From contig JAZGDW010000085.1 of the NCBI GenBank assembly GCA_036478295.1, positions 1-48,871 on the forward strand: DNA of 48,871 bases, written 5' to 3'. The translations under genes and the position numbers were made by a program. The notes beneath the pieces are model-generated. The model was not told the origin of the DNA. It did not search any database and saw only the letters and a list, made by a program, of their open reading frames with translations. Source of the stretch: Candidatus Krumholzibacteriia bacterium (GTDB lineage Bacteria > Krumholzibacteriota > Krumholzibacteriia > WVZY01). This document shows, piece by piece, positions 19,201 through 28,522 of this stretch. The stretch's first letter is position 1, and each line of letters begins with the position of its first letter.

Positions 19201-20850
19201 ATGATCCGTACCGTATGGCTACTGGTGCTCCTCTGCGCACTCGGGTGCGGCGGCGCGGGTCAGCTCAGGGTCCCCGATCCTGTCCCGGATGACCGCCGTG
19301 ACATCCCGACTCCCAAGAAGAACAAGATCTACGTCATCGCCAACGCGTTCGAGCAGCAAGTGTCCAAACAGGCCAAGCGCAGCTTCGACCTGTCGCGCGT
19401 CATCCGCAAGGTCAGCGGCAGCCCCAAAGAGGCGTTTAACATCGATGCTTTCGACGGGGTCCGGGATTCGAGCTGGTTCACCAACCGTAACGGCCGCACC
19501 CCGCTCACGCTCGAGGAAATCCGACGCGGGCCCGACGCCGGGCATGGACCGGACACGTCGGGCACCTGGACGGTGGTGGCGGCAAAGAGCGAAGGTGTCA
19601 CGCCTGGCTTTACGATCGAAGACAGTCGCGGTGACCGATATTTCCTCAAGTTCGACCCACCGGGTTACAACGAGCTGATGACCGCAGCGGAAGTCATCGC
19701 GACAAAGCTGATCTACGCGTCGGGCTACCACACGCCGGAAAACTATGTGACGTACTTTCACCCCGACCGTCTCGAGCTGGGCGACAACGTCACATTACGT
19801 GAGGAGGGCAAGAAACGGCCCATGACTCCTCAGGACATCGACCGCATTATGCGTGGGGTCGAACGGCGCCCCGACGGCACCATTCGCGCAGTGGCAAGCA
19901 GGTTTCTCCAGGGCAAGGTGCTGGGGCCGTTCCGGTACGAGGGTACCCGCAAGGACGATCCAAACGACTTCATCCCACATGAACACCGGCGGGAACTTCG
20001 CGGTTTGAGAATGATCGCCGCCTGGCTCAATCATTACGACACAAAAGCGAACAACACCCTGGATGTCCACGTCGAAGGGGGCGGCCGCCGTTACGTAAGA
20101 CATTATCTGATCGATTTTGGCTCGACGCTGGGAAGCCGCGGCAACGAGCCCATGTCGACCTGGACTGGCCACGAGAATTTCTTCGATGGTGGGTCGATTC
20201 TCGCGAATACCTGGAAGCTCGGGCTTCACGTTCCCGAGTGGGAGAAGAAAAACACCACTATCAGGTATCCTTCGGTCGGCCTGTTCCGTTACGAACCTTT
20301 CGACCCTATGAAATACAAGTTTTCCATTCCAAATCCCGCGTTCGCCAATTTGACCAATCGTGATGGCTACTGGGCGGTGAAAATCGTGACCTCGTTCACC
20401 GATGAACAGATCGAGGCGGCCGTGGAGACAGGAAGCTACTCCAATCCCGAGGCAGCCGCCTACGTTGCGCGCGTCCTCGTGGAACGCCGGAATATTATGG
20501 GGCGCTTCTGGTTCAACAGGGTGAACTGCCTGGACGAGTTCGCGGTGGCCGGGGACCCGGACGGCGGGCAGCTGAGCTTCGTCGATCTGGCGGTGGAAAC
20601 CGGGATCGAATCCGCCGACGGGAGACGCTACCAGTACCAGATACTGCGGGATGGCAAGGCCATTGGCGAAGCCGTGGAGATGTCCCGCGCGGACCCGATT
20701 GGCCTGCCAGCCGGGGAGGCCGGCATGGTCGAAGTCCGCGTGCGCAACCGGCGCGGCGATGGTAACTGGGCCGGGTGGGTCTCCGTATACGTGGAGTCTT
20801 CGCCCGATTCCGGCGAGTACACCCTCGTGGCTGTTGCGCGTCCAGACTAA
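19201..20850 (+). CDS. Lipoprotein with atypical (HipA/PI3K/CotH-like) kinase fold
   Basis: Lipobox ALG-C; 'KSEGVTPG' loop, 'YFLKFD' Lys, 'TAAEVIA' Glu, 'WLNHYDTKANNT' catalytic loop, 'YLIDFG'. Start could instead be 19147 or 19165. Confidence 0.65.
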   Translation: MIRTVWLLVLLCALGCGGAGQLRVPDPVPDDRRDIPTPKKNKIYVIANAFEQQVSKQAKRSFDLSRVIRKVSGSPKEAFNIDAFDGVRDSSWFTNRNGRTPLTLEEIRRGPDAGHGPDTSGTWTVVAAKSEGVTPGFTIEDSRGDRYFLKFDPPGYNELMTAAEVIATKLIYASGYHTPENYVTYFHPDRLELGDNVTLREEGKKRPMTPQDIDRIMRGVERRPDGTIRAVASRFLQGKVLGPFRYEGTRKDDPNDFIPHEHRRELRGLRMIAAWLNHYDTKANNTLDVHVEGGGRRYVRHYLIDFGSTLGSRGNEPMSTWTGHENFFDGGSILANTWKLGLHVPEWEKKNTTIRYPSVGLFRYEPFDPMKYKFSIPNPAFANLTNRDGYWAVKIVTSFTDEQIEAAVETGSYSNPEAAAYVARVLVERRNIMGRFWFNRVNCLDEFAVAGDPDGGQLSFVDLAVETGIESADGRRYQYQILRDGKAIGEAVEMSRADPIGLPAGEAGMVEVRVRNRRGDGNWAGWVSVYVESSPDSGEYTLVAVARPD

Positions 20851-20862
20851 GGCGTCTCCATT

Positions 20863-22113
20863 ATGACAAGATACGTGCGGAGCGCAGGCCCTCTCCTGCT
20901 GCTTCTAATTGTTCCACTCCTGATCACCAGTCTCGGCTGCTCGGGCCGGGGATTCGTGCGGGACGCGTACTCGCCGGATTTCTACAAGATTCCCCGCTTG
21001 CTGCCGGACAATACGCTCGATAAGAACCCCCGCTTTATTGTCTATGGCGACAACCGCCCAGGGTGGCGGGGCAAACAGGTCATGGCAAAGAAGCATACCT
21101 ACCTCACCTGGAAACAGCTCTACCTGCCGGGCGTGTACCAGTTGTACCTCCTGGGCAGTGGGTTCTCAGCGGGCGTCAACTACCTGCGCAAGGCACCGGA
21201 CTGGGGAGAACGTCAGGCACGGAGGGTCCGCGACGACATCTACGCACAGGCCAGGCGTTCGAACATAGACTTCATTATTCACGCCGGTGATATGGTGACG
21301 GACGGCCGGCGCCCGAAACACTGGCGGACGTTTCTCAGGCAGTACAAGGAGGAAGTCCCGCTGGCGTTGGAGTTTCCGATTCTACCGACCATCGGAAATC
21401 ACGAGATGGCGAACGACAGCGTCTACGGTATGCCCAACTACAGAGACGTTTTTTCGTACCCGCAGTTCTATGTTTTCCGGTGTCCGGACGTGGACTTTTT
21501 CGTGCTGGATTCTGATATCCTGCTCGATCAGAACCAGCTGATCGACGATGACACCCAGGATGAGCTCTTCGCCCAATGGATCTTCGCCGGGGAGGGCGCG
21601 GAGGAAACCGCCTGGCTGCAGCGGCAGCTTGCGGCCAGCGATAAGACGTTCAAGGTCGTGGTGATGCACCACCCACCCTTGGTATTCGCGAGGCACTTCG
21701 ACGACTGGCTCAATCCGGAATTCGGCAGGAACCTCAAGCAAAAACGCCAGGCATTGCTGCGCGTGCTTCGGCACCACGGGGTTCAGATCGTGTTCTCCGG
21801 GCACCAGCACATGTACGAGCACAGCATTCTTTCCTACGAGGGCGTAACGGGCAGCGAAGGCAAGTTGCACGAAATCATTACCGGAGGCGGCGGTTCACCG
21901 CTTCACAGCCCGTACGAAGGGCAGAGGCTAGAGGCGTGCGCGGCGGCCTACCGGCAGGAGGGCCTCGATGTGCTCTGCATCAAGCAGGAATCGATTTACA
22001 ACTACTGCCTCGTGGACGTCACTTCCGATACGATCACCGTCACGGTCTTCGAGGTGACGGAGACTCCCGAAACCACCGGGAGGGTCGTCGACACCATTAT
22101 CATCGGCAAGTGA
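20863..22113 (+). CDS. Lipoprotein calcineurin-like metallophosphoesterase (purple acid phosphatase-like)
   Basis: Lipobox SLG-C; GDNR, AGDMV, GNHE, MHHP and SGHQH metal-binding motifs. Confidence 0.88.
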   Translation: MTRYVRSAGPLLLLLIVPLLITSLGCSGRGFVRDAYSPDFYKIPRLLPDNTLDKNPRFIVYGDNRPGWRGKQVMAKKHTYLTWKQLYLPGVYQLYLLGSGFSAGVNYLRKAPDWGERQARRVRDDIYAQARRSNIDFIIHAGDMVTDGRRPKHWRTFLRQYKEEVPLALEFPILPTIGNHEMANDSVYGMPNYRDVFSYPQFYVFRCPDVDFFVLDSDILLDQNQLIDDDTQDELFAQWIFAGEGAEETAWLQRQLAASDKTFKVVVMHHPPLVFARHFDDWLNPEFGRNLKQKRQALLRVLRHHGVQIVFSGHQHMYEHSILSYEGVTGSEGKLHEIITGGGGSPLHSPYEGQRLEACAAAYRQEGLDVLCIKQESIYNYCLVDVTSDTITVTVFEVTETPETTGRVVDTIIIGK

Positions 22114-22126
22114 CAGGCGACACGCC

Positions 22127-24883
22127 ATGGTAAAGCGTATATTCGGCGCGGTCCTGGATGTCAGAAGAGGTGAAATCGCTCTCACCCTTTTGATGCTTCT
22201 TTACTACTACCTCTTGCTGGTCACCTATTACTTTCTCAAACCGGCCCGCGACGGTCTTTTTCTGGTAAAGCTCGGGCCCGATCAACTTCCCGTTGTTTAC
22301 ATCCTGATCGCCATCGCCGTAGTGCCGATTACGACGATCTACTCGCGCGCGAGCCGTTCGCTGAAGCTGAACCAGCTGATAAACGTCACGACGGTAATTT
22401 TCATCGCAAGCCTGTTCATACTTCGCTGGCTTCTCGGGTTCGGGCAGCCCTGGGTGTTTTACCTCTTTTATGTCTGGGTGAGTATTTATGGAGTAATGGC
22501 CACCGCCCAATTCTGGCTTCTGAGCAACGGTGTATTCGACGCGACCCAGGCGAAACGGCTTTTCGTGCTCTTCGGCCTGGGCGGCATTATCGGAGCTTTT
22601 ACCGGGGGTGAGCTGACCGGCTTTGTCGTTCATACGCTGAGCGTATCGACCAAGGATCTCCTCTTCCTTTGTGCGGCGATCCTGGTCGTTTGCACCCTTC
22701 TCGTGAACGCCATCTGGACGATCAAGCAACGAGGTGAAGCCCCTATCGCCCACGGCTCGCGCGAAAAAACACGTGCCGCGGTCAGCTATGGTGAAATCTT
22801 TCGTGATCTCACCCGTTCCCGTCACCTGATGCTTATTGTCGGCATTATCGGTATGACCATGGCCACGGCCTCCTTCGTGGATGTCCAGTTCAAGACCATC
22901 GCCGCCGGGGCCTTCGAGGCGGAAGAAGATCTCACGTCTTTCATCGCCAAATTCTACGGGCGTGTGAGCCTGCTCGCTTTCTTGTTTCAGCTCCTGATAA
23001 GCTACCGCTTTTTGAAACGGTTTGGTGTGGCCGGGGCGATATTGCTGCTGCCCGCGGCATTGTTCGCCGGGACAATTGTCATGATAGCTGTGCCGGGTCT
23101 CTTGGCGGGTATGCTGCTCCGGGGTGCCGATTGGACGTTCAAGTACTCGATCGACAAGACCGGCCGGGAGCTTCTCTTTCTGCCGGTGCCGCTGGAAATC
23201 AAGAAGCGCACGAAGGTATTTATCGATATGTTCGTCGATCGCGGATTCCGCGGCATATCCGGTCTCTTGCTCTTGCTTTTTGTCACCGTGCTTCATTTTT
23301 CCGTCCGCCAGTTGAGTATCGTTGTCACCGTGTTCCTGGGCGTGTGGTTGACCTTGGTGCTCCTGATGCGCAAGGAATATGTCAACGCTTTCCGCAGGGC
23401 ACTGGAACGTCGTGAGGTCGACCTCGGTGACCTCAGTATGAGCATCGTAGACCCATCCACGCTGGACAGTCTGAAGACCGCGCTGCAAAGTACGAACGAG
23501 CGCCAGGTGGTTTATGCGGTACAGATGCTGACGGGCGTTCAGGACGATGAGATCAAGGAAGCGCTGCGCCCGCTCCTGGGCCACGAATCCGACGACGTGC
23601 GCTTTGCGGTCCTCAAGGCATTGCAGGAGTCCGGACAGGATGGAGAGTTCGCGCAGGAAGTAGGTTCGCTGCTCGAAGATTCCAACCCGTTCGTGAGGCG
23701 TGAGGCGATACACTACCTTTGCGAGAATGCGGCCGAGGGAGACACACGAGCATTACAGGACTATCTGCAAGATTCGGACATCCAGATCCGTTCCGCTGCT
23801 ATTGGCTGCATCGCCGAGCACGGCGACGCCGCCCAGAAAGACCTCATCAGCGAGAGCCTGATCCGGGAGATAATGGCCAGCGAGGGGCCGGAAAGCGAGT
23901 TTGCCCGCACGCAACTGGCAGAAGCGTTCGGCTCCCTGAACAAACCTGGCTATCGTGGTGTCTTGTCGGAACTGCTAAGCGATCCTTCCCCCTCGGTTGT
24001 CGAAGAGGCAATGCGCAGCGCCGGCCGGACCGGCGACCGGGAACTCGTACCGGAACTGCTCGAGCGCCTCGCCGACAAGCGCTACCGCAAGGCGGCGAGA
24101 GAGGGCCTGGTCAACTACGGAGATCGCATTGTCGGCACGCTGAGTGATTACATCGTCGATTCCTCCCTTGGCTTCACCGTGCGCAGCAATCTGTGCCGTG
24201 TACTGAGCCGGATTCCCTCCCAGCACTCGGTCGATTCGCTTGCCGCCATCCTGGATAAAGCGGAGCCGGCGCTGAAGTATTTCATTATTAGAGCGTTGAA
24301 CTCGCTGCGCGCCAGGTATCCCGATTTCAAGTTTGCGCACTCGGCACTGAACGACGCCTTGCTCGAAGAGAGTGAATCATACTATGCGATACTCCAGATA
24401 CTCCGCGTGATTGGTGATTCCAGCGATCCGGGCTGCAAGTTGCTCGACCGGGCGCTACGCGAAAAGATCGATCAGAACCTCGAACGGATGTTTCGTATTC
24501 TCGGACTTCGCTACTCGCAGAAGGACATTTACGGTGCGTACCTGGGTATCATCGGCGGCCAGAAGCAGTTGAAGGCCAGTGCGATCGAATTTCTGGACAA
24601 CGTCCTCAAGAAGGAAGTAAAAAGATATCTTTTCCCGATCTTTGACACCGTTACGATCGACGTGAAAATCAGAAAAGGCCAGGAGCTCTTTGGCGTGAAT
24701 TTGAGTGATCACGAGGCGTCAATGAAGTATATTCTCGATGGTAGCGATCCCTGGCTCAGAGCGTGTGCGATCTTCAGCCTCAAGGATCATCTCTCTCCCA
24801 ACACGAAGGAGATGGTGAAGCGCTGCCGGGACGATGCGAACCCGGTGGTACGGGAGATCGCGTGCTTGGTGCTGGGCGACTAA
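22127..24883 (+). CDS. Npt1/Npt2 (NTT/TLC) nucleotide transporter fused to HEAT repeats
   Basis: About 12-TM N-terminal half with 'LKPARDGLFL', 'QFW...FD..QAKRLF', 'KYSIDK..RELLFLP', 'K.FID.FVDR'; C-terminal HEAT repeats (D..VR..A). Confidence 0.88.
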   Translation: MVKRIFGAVLDVRRGEIALTLLMLLYYYLLLVTYYFLKPARDGLFLVKLGPDQLPVVYILIAIAVVPITTIYSRASRSLKLNQLINVTTVIFIASLFILRWLLGFGQPWVFYLFYVWVSIYGVMATAQFWLLSNGVFDATQAKRLFVLFGLGGIIGAFTGGELTGFVVHTLSVSTKDLLFLCAAILVVCTLLVNAIWTIKQRGEAPIAHGSREKTRAAVSYGEIFRDLTRSRHLMLIVGIIGMTMATASFVDVQFKTIAAGAFEAEEDLTSFIAKFYGRVSLLAFLFQLLISYRFLKRFGVAGAILLLPAALFAGTIVMIAVPGLLAGMLLRGADWTFKYSIDKTGRELLFLPVPLEIKKRTKVFIDMFVDRGFRGISGLLLLLFVTVLHFSVRQLSIVVTVFLGVWLTLVLLMRKEYVNAFRRALERREVDLGDLSMSIVDPSTLDSLKTALQSTNERQVVYAVQMLTGVQDDEIKEALRPLLGHESDDVRFAVLKALQESGQDGEFAQEVGSLLEDSNPFVRREAIHYLCENAAEGDTRALQDYLQDSDIQIRSAAIGCIAEHGDAAQKDLISESLIREIMASEGPESEFARTQLAEAFGSLNKPGYRGVLSELLSDPSPSVVEEAMRSAGRTGDRELVPELLERLADKRYRKAAREGLVNYGDRIVGTLSDYIVDSSLGFTVRSNLCRVLSRIPSQHSVDSLAAILDKAEPALKYFIIRALNSLRARYPDFKFAHSALNDALLEESESYYAILQILRVIGDSSDPGCKLLDRALREKIDQNLERMFRILGLRYSQKDIYGAYLGIIGGQKQLKASAIEFLDNVLKKEVKRYLFPIFDTVTIDVKIRKGQELFGVNLSDHEASMKYILDGSDPWLRACAIFSLKDHLSPNTKEMVKRCRDDANPVVREIACLVLGD

Positions 24884-24952
24884 TGATCGGTAGCTGCGGG
24901 ACTCGAGACCTTTCCCGCAAATCGAGGCCAGCGGGCAAGGGAGCATGGAGCA

Positions 24953-25402
24953 ATGCTTACAGTCGTCGAAAAAGTAATCCTTCTGCAGAACGTGGAAGTC
25001 TTCGAGGGAATTCCAACGGAGCAGCTCTCATACCTCGCCGCAATCGCCGAAGAGGCCTCTTTTTCCAAGGGCCAGGAGTTCTACCGCTTCGGCGAAGTCT
25101 CTGACGCTCTTTATATAGTCCTCGAGGGTGAAGTGGGACTGCACCGGGACAACGAACAGATCACGGTCGCGCGCATCAACGACACGTTCGGAGCCTGGGC
25201 CCTGTTTGACGACAAGCCCAGGGTCGCGACGGCCACCGCCGCCGAGGACGGCCGGTTGCTCCGCATCTACAGGGAGGATTTCCTCGACCTGCTGTCCGAC
25301 AACAGCCAGATTACCGAGGCGGTGCTCAAAATGATCGTGGGGCGCCTGCGGGGCCTGCTCGAGCGCGTAGAGGCGAATCTCGGCCAGAAGCGTGACAACT
25401 AA
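24953..25402 (+). CDS. Stand-alone cyclic nucleotide-binding domain protein
   Basis: 'EKVILLQNVEVF', 'LYIVLEGEV', phosphate-binding cassette 'FGAWAL...PRVATA'; no HTH domain. Confidence 0.88.
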   Translation: MLTVVEKVILLQNVEVFEGIPTEQLSYLAAIAEEASFSKGQEFYRFGEVSDALYIVLEGEVGLHRDNEQITVARINDTFGAWALFDDKPRVATATAAEDGRLLRIYREDFLDLLSDNSQITEAVLKMIVGRLRGLLERVEANLGQKRDN

Positions 25403-26984
25403 GAAAGTTTCCATGAGCGCCTCCGACAAACAAGAGATAAGACAACTTCGCGAATCCGAGGAGAAATACCGCAAGATGATCGAGCGGGCGAGCGACGGGA
25501 TTTTCGCCCTGGATACGGAGACGGGCTGCATTATCGAGGCCAACCCGCGGGCCGAGGCAATGACCGGCTACAGCAAGAAAGAGCTGCTCGGAATGCACGT
25601 GTCTGACCTGCATGCGCCCGGAGAAAGGGAGGAGGTAGAAACCCTTTTCCGAAAGGTGAACGCAGCGGGCAGCGGATTTTCGAACCACCTGTGCTTTCTG
25701 ACCAAGTCGGGCAAGGAAGTCGCGGTGGACATCAGCGCCTCGGTCATTACTTTCGGTGACAAGAAGATTATCCAGAGGATTTGCCGTGACGTCACCCAGC
25801 GCCGAGCATTGGAGAGACAAATCGCCGCGCAACGAGATTACTACGAGTTCATCCTGGATATGCTTCCGGTGGGTCTGGGCGTCAAGAAGGACGTCAACCG
25901 CGCACCCACTATAGAATTCGAGAACCGGCGTCTGCGGGAAATGTTTCCTGCCAACAAGGACGATCCGAAGCGACGAAGCTGGCACGACCTGCCGGGCGGA
26001 GACCTGCCGCGCAAGACGATTATTGACGACACCGGGGTGTACGCCGAAGAGCGCACCTATCCCGACGGCAAGGTATATCAGTTCACGCTGAACTATTACA
26101 GGAACCGCGAGAACTCATGGTCGGAGCTGCAGCTGGTACGTGACGTCACGCGGCGTCGTGAACTCGAGGACCAGCTGAAGTTGGCCATGGAAGACCTGGA
26201 GCAAAAGGTGCAGGAGAGAACGCTGGAGCTGCGCCAGAAGCAGGCCCAACTGGTACAGGCAGAGAAGATGGCCTCGCTGGGCAATCTCGTGGCCGGCATC
26301 GCCCACGAGATAAACACGCCCCTGGGAGCCTTGAAGAGCAACAACGACCTCCTGGTCCGCTCCCTGCGGAAGATCCGCACGGTTCTGGACCGGGACCTGT
26401 CCGCGGAGGCACGACAGCATCCGGAATTCTTGAAATCGATGGTGGCGATCGAGGACCTGAACCGTGTCAACCAGACCGCCATGCAGCGTATCGTGGCGAT
26501 CGTGCGCAGCCTCCGCAACTTCGCGCGGCTCGACGCCGCCGAGCAGGACCAGGTCGACATCCACGAGGGACTGGACAGCACCTTGACCCTGGTTCATCAT
26601 CAGATGAAGAACAGGATCCGCGTGCACAAGGATTACGGCAAGCTGCCTACGATCTACTGCTACCCCAACCAGCTGAATCAGGTCTTTATGAACGTTCTTG
26701 TAAATTCCAGCCAGGCCATCGAAGACAAGGGCGATATTTACATCAAGACTTTTCGGGACGATGACAAGGCTGTCATCGAAATACGCGACACGGGCAGGGG
26801 TATCCCGCCCGAGCACCTCAAGCAGATCTTCGACCCCGGTTTCACCACGAAGGGTGCGGGTGTCGGCACCGGACTGGGACTTTCGATCGTTTACCAGATT
26901 ATCGAGGATCACCATGGGGAAATAAAAATCGAGAGTGAAGAAGACAAGGGAACCACGGTTCGCATTGCATTCCCGATCGGCTGA
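25392..26984 (+). CDS. Cytoplasmic PAS-domain sensor histidine kinase (NtrB-like)
   Basis: PAS/PAC domains; H-box 'AGIAHEINTP'; N box 'NQVFMNVLVN'; G1 'DTGRGI'; 'FDPGFTTK'; 'GTGLGL'. No TM segment. Start overlaps the cNMP gene (alternative ATG 25413). Confidence 0.93.
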   Translation: MTTKKVSMSASDKQEIRQLRESEEKYRKMIERASDGIFALDTETGCIIEANPRAEAMTGYSKKELLGMHVSDLHAPGEREEVETLFRKVNAAGSGFSNHLCFLTKSGKEVAVDISASVITFGDKKIIQRICRDVTQRRALERQIAAQRDYYEFILDMLPVGLGVKKDVNRAPTIEFENRRLREMFPANKDDPKRRSWHDLPGGDLPRKTIIDDTGVYAEERTYPDGKVYQFTLNYYRNRENSWSELQLVRDVTRRRELEDQLKLAMEDLEQKVQERTLELRQKQAQLVQAEKMASLGNLVAGIAHEINTPLGALKSNNDLLVRSLRKIRTVLDRDLSAEARQHPEFLKSMVAIEDLNRVNQTAMQRIVAIVRSLRNFARLDAAEQDQVDIHEGLDSTLTLVHHQMKNRIRVHKDYGKLPTIYCYPNQLNQVFMNVLVNSSQAIEDKGDIYIKTFRDDDKAVIEIRDTGRGIPPEHLKQIFDPGFTTKGAGVGTGLGLSIVYQIIEDHHGEIKIESEEDKGTTVRIAFPIG

Positions 26985-26998
26985 CCAAGGAGAGTGGT

Positions 26999-27478
26999 AT
27001 GGCGGAGACTGTTGAAACGACTGTTGTGCTCGTGGACGATGAGGAAATGGTTTTGACCAGTTTGCGTTCGTTCCTGACCTTGGAAACGGATTATACCGTC
27101 GAAACCTTTACCAACCCCGTGACGGCTCTACTTTTTGTGCGAGAGAATGACGTCGATCTCGTGCTTTCCGATTATCTGATGCCGGAGATGGACGGGATAA
27201 CTTTTCTTGGTGAAGTACGAAAAATCAAGCCCGACGTGCCCCGCATCATCCTCACCGGCTACGCGGACAAGGAGAATGCCATCAAGGCCATAAACGAGAT
27301 CGGCCTTTTTCAGTACATCGAGAAACCCTGGGACAACAGCGACCTGCTTCTCGTGTTACGCAACGGCATCGAGCGCAAGCGGCTCATGAACAAACTCGAG
27401 GAAAAGATATCACAAGTCGCCGACGCCGAGGGCGATCTGCAATCATTGTACAACCAGATACTCAAGACCTTCGTTTAA
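26999..27478 (+). CDS. Single-domain response regulator with short C-terminal coiled coil
   Basis: VDDE, SDYLMP (phospho-Asp), LTGY, KPW; AGGAG SD. Confidence 0.92.
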   Translation: MAETVETTVVLVDDEEMVLTSLRSFLTLETDYTVETFTNPVTALLFVRENDVDLVLSDYLMPEMDGITFLGEVRKIKPDVPRIILTGYADKENAIKAINEIGLFQYIEKPWDNSDLLLVLRNGIERKRLMNKLEEKISQVADAEGDLQSLYNQILKTFV

Positions 27479-27544
27479 CGAGCTGCGCGTTCGTTCGCGC
27501 CCGTGATCGTTCGCGCCCGCGTCCTTTTGCACGCCCGGTTTTTG

Positions 27545-28522
27545 CTAGCGGTTCGCGATACCCAGCCCGTCCGGCGTATTCCCCGCCTCGATCTTGCGAA
27601 CAACCTTGTAGGTTTCCAGGTTCACTACTGAGATGGTATTGGCGCGTGTGTTGGCCACGAACGCGCGTTTGCCGCCGGCCTCGAGAAGTATGCCGATCGG
27701 CGCGAGTCCCGCCTCGATTCTTCTTACCTCTTTGCGACTCTTGATATCGAAGACCGCCACCTCATTCGCCCTCGCGCAGGAGACAAAGGCCTGCCTGCCG
27801 TCGCGCGTGATTTTGACACGAATGGGAAAACCACGGCAGGGCACGGTGGCGACCACGTCGTCGGTTTTGGTATCGATCACCGATACGGTTCCCGCCGCAC
27901 GGTTGCTCGCCCAGACCTGCCGTCCGTCCGGTGTAATATCTATGCCCTCGCAGCCGTCTCCGGTCTCGATTTGCGCGACCACTCTTGCCTCTACCAAATC
28001 TATCGCCGTCACGCTGCCGCTGCCAATGTTCGCCACGTACATCTTTTTGTCGTTCGGAGTCAAAACCAGCATATGTGACACCCGCTGGCCTGTTTCGATA
28101 CTCCGGGTCACCTTTTCGGAGGCGATGTCCATCTCGATTACCACCTGGCTGCCTTCGCATGTCGCGTACAACCGTTTGCCGTCCCGGCTTACCAGGATCC
28201 CGTGGGGGTTGCGATACGGAGCAATCGGTATTTTTCGCAGTTCCTTCATCGCCTTCACGTCGATTAGCGAGATACTGCTCTCGCTCGCCTCGTAGTTGGC
28301 GACAAACGCCCACCTGCCGTCCGGCGTCACCGCGATCTCGTGCGGTCCCCGGCCGGTAGTGGTCGTACCCAACACCACAAAAGTCTCGCTGTCGACGAAT
28401 GAGACGGTGTCGTCGGACTTGTTACAGATGAGAAGTACACTCTTGCCGCCGCCCGCCTCTGCGCGAGCGCTGGTGAACGTTATCATAAGGCCCAGCAAGA
28501 GGAGAAACGTCCTGCTGTACAT
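27545..28522 (-). CDS. Exported YVTN/YncE-type beta-propeller repeat protein
   Basis: Seven repeats of 'G..P.GI..TPDG...(Y/F)V.N...VS.ID'; signal peptide; AGGAG SD. Confidence 0.9.
   Translation of the reverse strand: MYSRTFLLLLGLMITFTSARAEAGGGKSVLLICNKSDDTVSFVDSETFVVLGTTTTGRGPHEIAVTPDGRWAFVANYEASESSISLIDVKAMKELRKIPIAPYRNPHGILVSRDGKRLYATCEGSQVVIEMDIASEKVTRSIETGQRVSHMLVLTPNDKKMYVANIGSGSVTAIDLVEARVVAQIETGDGCEGIDITPDGRQVWASNRAAGTVSVIDTKTDDVVATVPCRGFPIRVKITRDGRQAFVSCARANEVAVFDIKSRKEVRRIEAGLAPIGILLEAGGKRAFVANTRANTISVVNLETYKVVRKIEAGNTPDGLGIANR

Noticed and set aside
19201..20850. Kinase as a HipA toxin or anti-phage defence gene
   Set aside because: It carries a lipoprotein signal, has no HipB/HTH antitoxin or defence-island context, and sits among envelope genes.
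22100..23713. 537-aa minus-strand ORF; also other long antisense ORFs (4723-5478, 5475-6551, 7635-8576, 11248-12393, 13040-14116, 39391-40536, 44219-45124)
   Set aside because: Shadow ORFs antisense to well-supported genes in GC-rich DNA, with no recognisable motifs.
27486..27520. Short direct repeat tcgttcgcgcccg x2 between convergent genes
   Set aside because: Too short and present only once; no clear terminator or element structure.
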